Below, piece after piece: positions 1 to 17,528 of a DNA stretch of 64,000 nucleotides. The stretch is taken from contig CP075495.1 in the NCBI GenBank assembly GCA_021613535.1, positions 8,122,001 through 8,186,000 of the forward strand, in the 5' to 3' direction. Both the position numbers and the translations under genes were made by a program. Numbering within the stretch: position 1 is the stretch's first letter; each line of letters starts with the position of its first letter. The notes under the pieces were generated by a model that had not been told where the DNA came from, searched no databases, and was given only the letters and a program-made list of their open reading frames with translations. Source of the DNA: Adineta vaga (lineage: Eukaryota; Animalia; Rotifera).

Positions 1-3277
<3,277 letters not shown>

Positions 3278-3518
3278 TCTTTCAACGAATAATGAAATGA
3301 TTGAACTGGTAACAGAAAACAAAGAAACTACCGCTTGTTCGTTAAAATGGCAACATTAATGACATCTATGGATGTTTTTTTCTTGATTGGTTGTCGATAG
3401 AAATGTTTTTATGTCCTGTCTACACCTCGAGATTTTTTTCTTCTTATCATTATTGATGAAGCATTTCTTTGATAAAAAAAAATATGTACATATTTTCTTC
3501 TATATTTTTCCTCTATAG
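3278..3518. promoter_or_regulatory. Short head-to-head intergenic region (probable bidirectional promoter) between RAD54 and the TBC gene
   Basis: The divergent start codons are only ~240 bp apart. An inverted CCAAT box (gattgg) lies near 3385. Confidence 0.45.
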
Positions 3519-6401
3519 ATGACATCGACAACATATGAATATCGATCTCATTCAAGTGAACGTTTATCATCCTCAAAAAAATCCTTTCCATCACTTCGTT
3601 CTTCTCATTCGGCATGTGCGATTGATATCAAATCCATACCATCTTCATCAACACCAGCATCATCGTCATCATCCTATTCATTAGATAATGAAACTAAAAA
3701 TGAAGAAATTATTTCGTCATCGTTATCTACACGTCCAACAAATTCAGAATTTTTTCATAAATCAAATTCATTGGATTCAGGATATAAAACTTTAAGTGCT
3801 GCTAGTCATGGAACATCACATACGGATCCAATCGATGAAGAAAATGAACATCATCATAGTTTTCTTCAAATAGCATCTTCACCATCAGTCTGTTCATCTT
3901 CATCTGATGTTGTATCAAATACAAATACAAATACAAATCAAAAACTAAATTCAAAAATTGAATTCGTTGTTGACGATGAAGATGATGTTGACGATAAACT
4001 TCCAAGATTATCGCGAAAAAATTCTAAATCAAATACCGATGGTAAAAGAATTGTTTGTTTTTTTTTCTATTTATTATTTAATCTTTTATTGACTTTTTAA
4101 AGGTTTATCAACAGGTGGCGATCGTCGTTCTCGTAAAAATAGTCTTTCGAATTATTCCGTTTCGAATTATAGTGTTCTTTTGAATGAATTCTGTTGTGCA
4201 TCATCAGACAAAATTGATGAAACAATAATCGATGAAAAAACAAATAAGAAAAAAGGTGGTTTTGCAAATACAGTAGCAACATTTTTTTCATCGAAAAAGA
4301 AAGAAGATGAACAACAACAACAACAACAACAATCAGCAGTAACACCGACGAAAAAACTCTATCGATCAAGAAGTGTTTCAGAAGCATCACTGGAACGAAC
4401 AACTATCGCCAAGTAAGTTCTTATCATGTCTATGTAAATCGTCATAAAAGTCACATTTTGATCGATTTTCTTTCTATACATCAAATATTCGTACTTGATA
4501 AGAACGAAAAATCTTTACATATATTTGTTTATTAATAACATTGGTATTCACATCGAAGTAGAGAAATTACGTTTTAAAACATATAATATAACGCATTCTT
4601 ATCGTATAATCATAGAAAGCAACATTGTTGGGATTATTTTCTTGTTTAAAAAAAAATGGTTTTTCCCTTTAGTCAAGATTCACTCGAATCAACACGAACA
4701 CATTCAATTGAAACTACCGATGATCAAACAATTAATGAATCAACACCGAACAATATTCCTACCACGACAACGTATACAATTCCATTAAAGACGGCAAAGA
4801 TTTCTACACGATCACTTCTCACAACTTCATCCTCAGTAACAAATAATGATCATCCATCATCATCTAGTTGGTTTTCTCGTCTTTCAAATCGATTCAATTC
4901 ATCGACGTCAACAATACGTTCAACACCGAAATCAAGTAGTACCGGTTTAATCTTTGAAAATCGTCCAATAAATTTACCACCAAAATCCAATGAAGAAACG
5001 CTCAAACATCAAGTTGAATATCAAAAAATGTGTTTCGAAGCAAAACGTGCTCAACAATTATTCGATGAAAAAGATCAACAACAACAACGTATCAAAATCA
5101 AACGAGAAGAATTTGTTTCGAAATCATTAAAAATATGGACACAAGAAATTTTACCCTATTGGGATAAATATGAAAGTGTTCATAATTGTCCAGATTTAGC
5201 ATTAAATGCGAAAGCTTATAAACTATGGTGGCATGGTTTACCACCACGTAAGAGAGAAAAACAACCATATAAAGATGAATGAAGAGAAATTATATGTTTC
5301 TATTCATTTAGGTATTCGAGGAAAAGTTTGGAAAATGGCAATTGGAAATGAACTTGGTATAACGTATGAATTATTTACACAACTACAAGAAATGGCAAAA
5401 GAAAAACTTGAAGAAACACGACAAGTACGTTGATATTAAAGAATAAAGAAAAAACAAGGATTTTATATTATTGTTTTCTAGGCAGAAGATGCTCGAAGTA
5501 ATCATTCAGCATCACCTCAATTACCAACAACGATGTCACATTCAAGTGAAACAACAAGTTCATATTTTGAACTTATTCAACTAGATGTATCAAGAACATT
5601 TCCACAGCTTCGTCTTTTTCAACAAAATGGACCATATCACGGTTTGTAAAACGATAAAACTATTCCACATCAATCATAATGTTTTTTTGACCTTTTCGTT
5701 TATGAGAACTGACGTATAAAATGTTAATAGAAGAAGTATTGAAAGTCAATGCTTAATATTAATATAATCTACAGAGACATATCTTTTGAAAGAATCCAGA
5801 TAAAATAGAATCGATTAATTCATTTTTCTTTATTTATTTAGAATATCTTCAATTATTACTTTGTATATATGTATATTTCTGTCCTGAGATTGGCTACGTT
5901 CAAGGTCAAGCATTTCTAGCTGCGATGTTTTTATTAAATCTTGATTTATATGATTCATTCATTTGTTTTTCAAATCTAATGCATCGTTCTTATTTTCAAA
6001 CATTCTATCGCTTTAATAATATCGAAAAATATCTTGAATTATTCAATCAATTACTTAATTATCATTTACCTAAATTAAGTGCACATTTTATTCAAATGTC
6101 AATTGAACCAAATTGTTTTGCATTAGATTGGTTTTTTACAATTTATTCGAAATCTTTACCACTTGATGTTGTTTCACGCATTTGGGATATGTTTTTTCGC
6201 GATGGCGATGCATTTATTTTTCGTACAGCTATTGCAATTTTATCTCTTTATGAAGAACGTTTATGTCAATTAGATACATTTCATTGTTTACAATTTTTAA
6301 CACGTTTACCTGATGATTTAAATGTTACATCATTATTCAAAGCAATCGATAAGATTAATTTTGATCATACGAATTGTGAATTATTTTATCTAATTGCATA
6401 A
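3519..6401 (+). CDS. TBC1D14: TBC-domain Rab GTPase-activating protein, TBC1D12/14-like, multi-exon
   Basis: ENRPINLPPKSNEETLKHQVEY, LWWHGLPPR/IRGKVWKMAIGNEL, IQLDVSRTFP, GYVQG and WFFTIYSKSLPLDVVSRIWDMFFRDG motifs, plus a long Ser-rich N-terminus. Confidence 0.88.
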
Positions 6402-6838
6402 AGTTCAACGAAGAAAAACTTCTATTCTATATTTCTTGCTCAGATAGGAAAAGAGAGAGATAGAAAAAACAAAATGCAATAGAGAAGGCATTCATCGTTC
6501 TTTTGTCTTTATGCACAACCAAATGTTTGTTTCTGCTCTAGTCTTTTCTGCACAAATGGGTTTGCATTTATTAACATAAACTCATTTCGTTTTCTTTGTG
6601 AAAAATCTTCTTCTTCTTCTTCTACTTTTCTCACTTACGCACGCTCATATTTGATTATTCATTTTGGTTTTCTTTTCTTCATGTGATATGATTATGTCTC
6701 TCTATTCTATTTTTTATTAAAATATTCATTTGTCCATTGCGTTAATCATTGTACAATTGTTATTTTAGAATGAAATAAATAATTTTAAAGAAAAAAAAAG
6801 AGACGCACGAAATAATGGAGAAAAAAAATAGAGAATGA

Positions 6839-9800
6839 ATGATTTCATTTCGTAATCGATTATTAAGAATTGTTAATTATAGAATTTGTTATTTCAAACA
6901 AATGGCTCGTATGCAATCGAATTTTAACTTCATTTCATCCTATTGTGAACCAACATTTAATGTCGACAAATATCAATCTAATAAAACGGGAATGAAATTA
7001 TATCATATTAATCTACCTTTACCTCTAATTAAACTTGAAATATGTGTACAAACAAAACCATATGATGATACTGGATGTGCACATACATTAGGTAAACTAT
7101 TGATTAAGATTTGATCATAAGAAAAATCTTTTTAATTTAGAACATTTAATATTCATGGGTAGTCGTCAATATCCTCAACAAGGTTATCTTGATTATATAT
7201 CTGCTCAGTATTATTCATTGGGTACGAATGCAACAACATATCGCGATATGACAACATATGAATTGACAACAGTCAATCATCAGTCATTATCAACACTTCT
7301 TCCGATCTATCTTGATCATATATTCAATCCATTATTAACGAATGATTGTTATTTAACTGAAGTCCATCATATATCGGGTGAAACAGGTGATGATGCAGGC
7401 GTTGTTTATAGTGAAATACAATCGAGTGAAAATCAACCTGATGAAATTCTTCTTTATTCAGTTTTACGTGATTTATGGTCAGATAAATCACCGTATTATT
7501 ATGAATCTGGTGGTCGATTAGAATCAATACGAAATGAATTAACGTTAGATAAAATAAAATTATTTCATCAAAAATTTTATACACCAAATAATGTAGCAAT
7601 CGTTTTATGTGGCGGTGGCATAAATATCAATGAAATCTTAACAATATTAAATAAATTTGAAGAAGAAAATTTTTGTCAATTAGAAAATCATCATAGAATG
7701 TCATTTGATTATTCATTAAATGAAAATTTAAGAAAGAAAATTAAATTTGATAATGATAAATTTCCTTTTATTAAAATAAAACGTGCAAGTTTTGATGAAA
7801 ATTCTATTTCATCAGAGAAAAATCCTGATACAAATCCATCAATATCGATTGATACAACGAAATTATCTGTTCAATTAACAACAACAACAGGAAATGCTAC
7901 TGATGGAAATGATTCATCATTTTGTGATTCAGAATTGATGGTTTCACATGAAGATTTATCTGTTCCATCATCACCAACAACACTTTGGTCTACAATTGAA
8001 ATTGATAATTCTATAAATCAACGTCATATGAATGAATATAAAGAAATTTTTTATCCTGTCGAAGATAATGATGAAAATCTTGGACAAGTCGCGTTTGGTT
8101 ATCGATTAGAATCTATTTATGAAATGGAAATGTATACAGCACTTGATGTTTTACTAACGACATTATTTGATGAAGATATTTCCATTTTTTATAAAGAATT
8201 TATGGAAATACCAAATACTCTATGTTCATCAATTGATCATGATTGGTTCAATTATCCTGAGAGAGTATTAACTGTTGTCTTTGAAGGTAAATAAATAACG
8301 AAATTTTCTAATCTTAGAAATAAATTTGTTTGATTTTTATATTTAGGTGTTGAAGTTGAAAATTTAACGATAGTTGCAGATAAATATTCATCTGTTCTCT
8401 ATTCAATCATTGATTCTCAAACGACAAATGATCAACTTTATACACAATTACAACGAAATATAAAGAAGAAAATTGATTTACATTTGAATGAAATCGAAAA
8501 TGAACCGTATGGTTTTCTAACAGATTTATGTTGTCTCGATCATATTTCGGAATTATCTGTAACAAAAATAGGCAATGAGAATGATGATGAACAACATTTA
8601 CATACATTTTTACAAAATAAAAAATATTTAAAAAGTCTATTCGAACGACCAATAACATACTGGCATGAATTGATTAAGAAATATCTTCTAGAATGGCCTT
8701 CAACGAAAAGAACAGTTATCTTACTTAAACCAAGTAATGATTTATTAATTGAACAACAAGGTAAATTAAAAATTATCCTTTCATACTATATTCTCTGTAG
8801 ACATCAGGAATCAAATCGATTTTTCTTTTTCAATACAGAGGTAGTTACCTGTCTTATCTAAATTTGTTTTTATTGGTTGTATCATCATCAATAGGCTTTC
8901 ATGCTTTTTAATATCATTTGTTCTACATATATACTTTTTTTCTCAGAGCAAGACGAACAACGTATATCGGAACGTCTTGAATCGCTTGGTTCCGATGAAC
9001 TTCAACGTTTAAAAACTGAACTTGATCAAGCACGTTCAAATAATAAACAATCTACATCTAACTGTGCAACTATTTCTCATCCATCCATTACATTCAATAC
9101 TCAATTACATCTTCTACCAATTGAATATCATTCAAATGAGAATTCTATTGATTTATTTCATAGTCCAACTAGTCATTTTATCAAATATATTATACATATT
9201 CCATTAAAAGATCTTCCTCAAGATCTACAATTATATTTTCCACTATTTACAAATCTACTTTTTCATACACCAATTCAATATGAAAATATTCATTTTGATA
9301 AATATCATTTTTGTGAATTAATTTCACGTGATATTCTTGATTATAATGTATCTAATGGACAATCATCATCTTCTCCCGTGCAATCAAGTTATGTTCATGG
9401 ACATTATCTTGATACATTTATAATTTCATTACAATCATTCAATAGTATCGACATGTATAAAAATACAATTGATTATTTTCGTCATGTTCTATTTGGAAGT
9501 GTTTTTGATGATTATAAAATAATTCTTGAAGAATGTGAAAAACAATTGAAAAATTTCATTGAAACCTTACAAGATGGTCAAACAATTCATCGAGCTTATT
9601 TTAATTCATTAATTCATTCGATAAATACGAATAGTTATTATCATCAAATGAATATATTTTTACAAAAAAATCTTTTAGAAAAGATCTGTAAACATCCAGA
9701 TAAATATCAACATGAAATTATATCGAAATTAAAACGAATTCAGATGTTTATTTGGAAGAATCTATCTGACATACATTTAACAATATGTGGAAATGTAGAT

Positions 9801-10646
9801 TTAATTAAAGACAATCGACAAATCATTGAACAATTTATGAAAGAAAGCAAAGCTAAAAGTAACATAACTATTGAAGATAGTATTACTAAAGATATTAAAG
9901 GAAAACATATACCTACTGTATCATCAGCAGCTGTTATTGGTAGTCCACATGAAGAATCAGGGTATGTCTTGTTTTCTGGATTATGAAAGATTATTGCTAT
10001 CGGTTAAATTCCATTTTTTTTAATTTTATTTAGTTATGTCATTCGTTGGACACGTCTTTCAATATCTCAACAAGATTTCATACCATTAATGATCTTTTGT
10101 AATTATCTTGACATGGAAAATGGTCCACTATGGATAGCATGTCGTACGAATGGTTATGCATATGGTGTTTCATTCGATTTTGATTTTGAATCAAATATAA
10201 TTCTTGTCTCTATCAATCAATGTTCTCAATTAAAACTTGCATATTCCAGTGCTATGGAAACTCTGACGAATCTCGTTGAACATAAGATAAGTTTTGACTC
10301 ACAACGAATATTAGCTGCACGAAATTTAACGATTTGTATGTTTACGGAACATCTCGCAACATTAGGTCGAGCAGCTAGTGTTTGTATTCGTTCGTATCTC
10401 AATACATATTCAATTGAGAAATATCAAGATCTTATACATGATATAAATCGTTATAATTATAATGAAACAGTTTTCTTCGAAATTATCGACAAATATTTAT
10501 TACCATTGATTGATAATACTCGCTCATCGACATTGGTGCTAGTCAATACGAATAAAATGAAAGAAACACAAGCATATTTACAAAAACAACACGACATGAA
10601 AAGTGTGACAGTCATCAAAGATGTGGTGAAATCTTTATGTCGTTAA
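6839..10646 (+). CDS. Peptidase family M16 (insulinase-like) zinc metallopeptidase, C05D11.1/presequence-protease-like
   Basis: Inverted zinc motif GCAHTL|EHLIFMGS (HxxEH) split by the intron at ~7092-7140; also GTNATT, DAGVVYSE, YYYESGG, FHQKFYTPNN and C-terminal CRTNGYAYG. Confidence 0.88.
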
Positions 10647-10753
10647 ATAGAACAGACAGTTTTTCAACAGTGCTATTTTCTTTTTCCCTTTTTTCTTTTT
10701 TTATTATAAGAATGTGAACCCACCACTTTCTACTATCATTTCTTTTACTTCAG

Positions 10754-12570
10754 ATGTTTATCAGATCGAATCATTTGATAAAAACATTCGTTCGAAGAGG
10801 TGATAGGAATGCTTTTGTTTTCAACAGGATTGAATAAAAATACGAAATATTTCTATTACAGCGAATGTCGTTCAACAATGTGCAATGTCAACAAATATTG
10901 GTTCATCCTTATTTACACTTCCAGAATCGCATGAAATGCTCAGAAAAACATGTCGAGATTTTGCTGATCGAGAATTAAAACCAATAGCTGCACAACTTGA
11001 TAAGACACATCAATATCCAGCTGATATTGTTTGTTTGTTATTTCGTTCGGAAAACAATTGATTATGAGATTATCTGTTTAGGTGAAAAAATTGGGTGATC
11101 TCGGTTTGATGTGTGTCGAAGTTGATGAAGAATTGGGTGGGTCAGGATTAGATTCACTTGCTTATGCCATTGCTATGGAAGAAATATCACGTGGATGTGC
11201 CAGTTGTGGTGTTATCATGTCTGCACATAATGTGAGATTGAAACTTTTCAGTCGAATAAGAGATACTATAACTCATATGGTTTTTCGTTTAGTCACTTTA
11301 CTTAGGTCCAATAGCGAAATATGGAAATCAGAAACAACTCGAACAATTTGTTGAACCATTTGTAAATGGTGAACGAGTTGGATGTTTTGCTCTTTCTGAA
11401 CCAGGTTTGTTTCGTTTGTCTTCGACTTTAATAAGTAAATTCCTAAATATCATTCAATAGGTAATGGCTCTGATGCTGGTGCAGCTAGTACTACAGTGAA
11501 AGAAGATAGTAAATCAGGTTATATCATGAACGGAACGAAAGCTTGGATGTAAATAATTTCTTTGATGAAACGTATCGTTGTTAGTGGAATTCTTATCATT
11601 TATTTAGTACAAATGGATACGAATCAGAAGCAGCAGTTGTCTTTGCTACAACTGATAAATCATTGAAACATAAAGGCATCAGTGCTTTTATTGTTAAAAA
11701 ACCTACGGAAGGTTTATCCCTAGGTAAAAAGGAAGACAAATTAGGTATTAAAGCAAGTTCAACATGTAATTTGATCTTTGATGATTGCGTTATTCCAAAA
11801 GAAAATCTACTTGGTAACAAAGGAGACGGATTCAAAATTGCAAGTATAGAAATCAAATTAATACTTTCTCTTTGTTCTTCTTAAACCATTGCATGTTTTA
11901 GTGACAACACTTGATTCAGGTCGTATTGGTATTGCCGGCCAAGCATTAGGTATCGCTCAAGCATCACTTGATTGTGCAGTTGATTACGCACAAAAACGAC
12001 AAGTATTTGGTAAACAATTAACTCAATTACAAGCAATACAAATGAAATTAGCTGGTATGGTCTCTTTCACAGCAAAGATAGAGTTTTATTTTTTTAAATA
12101 AATCTTCATAGATATGGAAATGCGTTTACAATCAGCACGTTTATTAACATGGAAAGCTGCAGCATTAAAAACTCAAGGAGAATCATTTACAAAATTTGCA
12201 GCCATGGCTAAACTAGCAGCATCAGAATGTGCGACATTTAATGCTCATCAAGCTATTCAAATTTTAGGTGGAATGGGTTATGTTAGTGATATGCCAGCTG
12301 AACGTCATTATCGTGATGCAAGAATTACAGAAATTTATGAAGGAACGAGTGAAAGTAAGAATTTCATATTATTATTAACATAGACCTCGTAGAAATCAGT
12401 TGTGAGTGTGGACTTATCTTTTTATTACCGTTTACACGAGACAGGACAATAATGAGTCCATAAAAAGTCGATTTAAAGAAGAAATAAATTCGATTTCTTT
12501 TTTCATTTCAGTTCAAAGATTGGTCATTGCTGGTAATCTTATCAAAGAATATAGTGCAACAACAGCTTGA
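10754..12570 (+). CDS. ACADS: Short-chain specific acyl-CoA dehydrogenase, mitochondrial
   Basis: [27 protein letters not shown]|[73 protein letters not shown]. Confidence 0.95.
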
Positions 12571-14496
12571 AATTAATACTTCTTATTGTTAAAATTCATT
12601 TTATGGAATAAAAAAGACTTAATTTAAAATTACAGTAATAACATATGTTTTTTTTCTCTTCAAAACTTTCAAAAACCTGGTAAGCATGTAGGTATGAGAA
12701 AGAGGATTAAAAATCTACGCTCATTCTCGTGTAAATACATAATAAAGATCATGACCGTGCTTGTTGGTATGACAAGGATAGAATCTACAACTATAGACAA
12801 CAAGAACTGGGCAAAAAACAAGAAAACCCATATATGATAGTTGATCAACAATAGTCCGTAATATATTTTCCTTTTAAATTTGATAATGTACTATTGCATG
12901 TCGAAATGTTATCAGAAGTTGTTCATACAGTTTTTTTAAGATTTCCTTGGTGATATTGTTCATCATGGGTGGCTTTTCTCATTTTTATTTCTACATTTAT
13001 ATCAGTACGATATTTTGAATTTAATCCAATGATTTGAATAATGGCTTCAATTTATGTTTATGTATGGCTTTGGCATGATTTTCTGCTTCTTGGTGAGAAT
13101 AGTAGTACTAAGAGAGCAGATGTGTGTCCTTTACACCAATTGGACTCTCTATTTTTACAAGTACTTCATATTTAGCTTTCAGGAGCTCTGTGGTTTGCTC
13201 TTGTACGTGATGGATTTTGTTTTATACACGCGATGTGTTTAATACTCATCAGTCAATCGTGTTCAAGACAACGCCGATCATCTTTTGTTATTCGCTTTAA
13301 TCTTATTCAAAAAGATCAAATTCGCCGTCACGACGAAGATAGTTGAACACAAATAATTATACAATCAAAGATTCTTGTACATAAATAAAATATTTCATAA
13401 AAATTGAAACAAATCAAACGGTGTTAACAAAGTTTTCTGCGATTTTCGTAAGAGAATGAATCGAATGTTTAATGTTCTCTTATAGATATGAACATGAATA
13501 TTTTTGTAATATCACTCTTTCATGAGCACGCCTACAGAATTTTGAAAATGTCGTTTCACTGTCATATGTTTTTTTACAAAATACAAAAGTTACAATAGTT
13601 TAAAAAATAGATTAACATCCTTTTAAATTAAGAAGCCAACAAAAATCAACTTTGTCATAAAAAATAGCAGTATTTTTTCATAAGAAGCATCATATAGTCA
13701 AGGTAACTATTAACAATTATTTGTCGTTATTTTGATTAGTTGCTATTTTCACACTAGATATTTACCTATCATCAACATTATACATATATGTAACTGACTA
13801 ACGTTCATAATAAAAGTTGACATTGAAGTTCTTTTCGTTTATGCGAATATAGTGCTTCTCAACAACATCATATACATATATCGAATAGCATAAAAGAAAA
13901 AAAAAGCTGAAAGAGAAAGAGTGAGAATAACGATCAATAGACGTGTCGGATAAATGATGTAAGGCTTTTTTTCTTCTTTAAAAAAATAGTATCTGAATAA
14001 CAAGCAAGAAAGCAGTATTGTTGTTGCCATAAGTGTTGTTTTTTGATTGACGATGTAAATCATTTGCTTCTAATGTATCAAGTATAGCTTACGATTTTTG
14101 TCTACAGCGAATTTCAGGAAAAAACACTCCTCATCCTCCCAATCTTTTCACGAGAATATCTGTTAACCTTGACAGTGAACGTTGATAGTACTATTTTTTG
14201 ACCATCACTATTTACTATTGTTTTTTTGTAATAGATGAGAAAAAGTCAACGGTTAAAGATAAACAATTATTCAACAACACTAGAGAGAGAATACACACTT
14301 GATAAGACAGCATACTGAATTGACAGAACCAATTAAATTCTTTACTCTGTGTATCCTGAAAAAATTTTCTTCCCTATTTAAATTGTTTCTGTTGCCTTGA
14401 TTGAAATAATTTGTTTTTTTGACAAACTAAGATGGTGCTTATGAAATTTTTAAGGAGATCAAAAATCAACAACTTTATCAAGTGACAAACGTTATT

Positions 14497-16400
14497 ATGG
14501 CAGAAAACGGCAAAAATTCGATTTCTTCCACTCGATCTGATTATCCAAATGGACGAAAACAACGTGTTGAACGTTGGGCATCACGAAGACTAAATCCATC
14601 AAATCATGGTACAGCAACAGCAGCATCTACTTTATTGGGAACTGTCTCAGCACAAAAACGTTCAGAAAGTTCATATACACAATCAAATCGAATGCTTAAT
14701 GTTCAATTAATTCAACTCGGTATGGACAGACAAAATACTATTGATCAACGAACATTTGATCAAAAGTTATTTATTAATAAACAAGCATTAAAACATAAAC
14801 ATAATCAAGCAATGATTGAGTAGGAAATTTGTTTGTTTTTCTCATATTAAATGCAACATCAAATTCTGTTTTTTAGTATATTGAATTATGTTCGTAAATG
14901 TTGTAAATATGCTGATACACATGATATTCAAGAGAATTATTCAAAAACAAATGAAAAAGTAACAAGAACAACACCAACAAAACGAAGTCTTTCACGGGCA
15001 TCATCATCCACTAGATCACCACCAACAAAACGTAGTTTATCGGCAAATGTATATACACAAGAAACTCTATCACTCACAGATATATCTCCCAATCAAGATG
15101 AAAAAACAATAGAAACTAATGATCCACTTTTGACAAACGACCATCCACTTGAAAATACAGTATGTGTATGTCAAAAAAAAACCTCTCTTTTGAAGCGTTA
15201 TAGTTTGATATATGATCGTGTCATTGTGTCTTAAGAATAATGACCTTTACTGATATCATTTTACTTGAGACACATACAAAATTTTATGATGTAAATTGTC
15301 AATAGTATTGATTAAACATTCATTTCTTTATTTCAGGTAATTCAACCCATGAGTAGTGAAACACGAATTGAGGGTGATGACGATGATGATACTCAAAAAC
15401 GTCATGTTCAATTTCAAATAATCACCGATGCAAACGAAGTTAAATCAATGAATTTGATTCCTGAATCACATTCAAATAATGAAATAAAACTAACGAAGCG
15501 AAATATAATATCTGCACCTACTATTCGATCATCTAGTTCGTTATATAATCGTCGTGCGACAAACTCTGCTTCTTCCATAGGAACAGTCTCATCATTATCT
15601 ACTTCTATGCATGATCAAAGTAACCAACTGTCTAGTCCAAAACGATCACCTTCAAGATTCACTGTAACAAAAGCATCTCTGAGAGATTTCCGTCGTCATC
15701 CAGAAAGATATTTAAGTCCTTCAAATTGTTATTTACCCCTACTTCGTCGACAAGCAATTGAAAATGAAGCAAAAGAATCCGCTTCTAAGAAACAGACAAT
15801 TTTACCAAGATCTGTTTCAGGTCTTTCATCAGAATTAGATGTTGCTTTTGATGATGCCAAATCATTTCTCAGTGACGACAATGACATCGGGTTTGTTTAA
15901 TAACTATCGTTTTATTTTCTCCTATATTCTTTCTATGTAGAAAACCTACGATTCGTCCATCACTATCCTTTTCAAATGAAAACGATCGTAAGAATACGAC
16001 TAAATCGTTGTCATTGAAAACTAATTCAAAAAATACTATTACAAACATTTCTGAACCGCATACTACAGCCATGGCTCGACTTCGTGAACGTGAATATACT
16101 CGTTTGAATAAATTAATTCATTCGAATTTAATTGAGAAAATTATTGAACCATTATCAACCGTAAAAACTGATGATAATGAATATCAAAATGTAAAACAAG
16201 AACACAGTTTTCATTATAGTCGACAATCGAATTCAACAGTTAAAGATCAATCATCATTAAGACCAGCTCGAGCACGTCAACTTGCGGATATTTTACGTTC
16301 AATTGATTCTTTAAATTGTTCAGATACAGCTGAAAAACGTGCACGAAAAGAATTAGATATGGAAAAAAATCGAGCTAAATTGGGCATCTTAATCTTTTAA
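14497..16400 (+). CDS. Uncharacterised Ser/Thr/Arg-rich, largely disordered protein (about 4 exons)
   Basis: Four consecutive + strand ORFs linked by plausible GT-AG introns. No family recognised. Confidence 0.65.
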
Positions 16401-17528
16401 TAATTTCAAAGAAAACTTTTCTTTTTAATTTTTTATTCGAATAAATCTGATCAAATCTAAATTATAATAATTGCCGTATGAATAAAGATATGTTCCCTTG
16501 AGTTTTCTTCATTATCAACAAAAAAGACATTTGTAAACTGTCATCTACATCCATTTGATATTTCCAGTTACCTTTTCTTGTGTATTAACAGAACTGAACA
16601 TGTAAAATAAAAATTACTTCTCAGTGTCAGTTTTATTGTTGATATCAACATTATTAGAGATTGAATGTACTTTTCGTACGCGGTACTTCTTTTGTATAAT
16701 ATTACGATTAAAACCAATGAGTGTCTATGTTTAGAATGTTATTGTTATAGCGAGTTCTTGTTCTTCTCGTCATCAATCTAATCCTTTTTAAATGATGAAA
16801 AAAAGATAAACGTTTTTCTTGATGCTAATCTATCCATTTTTTTGCATATTAGAATAATCGATCTCTATTAAGAGTATTCGGACGACGGAAACGCTTCCGA
16901 TAACGATCGAATCGGCAATAGGTAAATAATGCTTTTCATTTAGACATCCGGCTTTCTAAATCCAAGCTCATTTATATTCTAATCAGTATCGTTCAAAGAA
17001 GAAGAGAATAGAAATTGAGTATTTCTTCCTCGATCTCTTTAAGTCTGTCTAAATGGAAAATGATCGATTTTCTTATTGTTCATTTTCTTTCTTTTTTTTC
17101 TGACACACAATAACAGATAGCCTTTCAAGGTACCAAAAAAATTTTTTATATAAGAAAAGTGCGCATTCACCACGACTAAGACAAACTAGAGATTGACATT
17201 AAAGAACAAAGCATTTTAGTTAATGCCCGTGACAAAAAGGAAAATTCATAATGATATTCTCCGATTGCCCTAACATTACTTTTTTTTGTCGTTTGAAAAT
17301 CTGTCACTATGCTCAATTATTGAAAAGACGTTCGGGCAAAAAAAGAGAAGGAGAAAAGAAAAGACGATAGAACAAACGACAAACCACCAATCTCGACGCT
17401 TAAAAGCTTTTTCTATCTTTTGAATAATATGAAAGATTGAATAAAAATCTTCTTGTTAGCTTTTTGTTCTTTTCATTTGAAAAACTTTTATATTACCATG
17501 ATTATCGTCTAAATATAACATCTATCCA

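Noticed and set aside
12880-13350. Stretch with coding-like hydrophobic translation downstream of ACADS (possible pseudogene)
   Set aside because: Needs frameshifts and has in-frame stops, and I recognise no homolog, so it cannot be supported.
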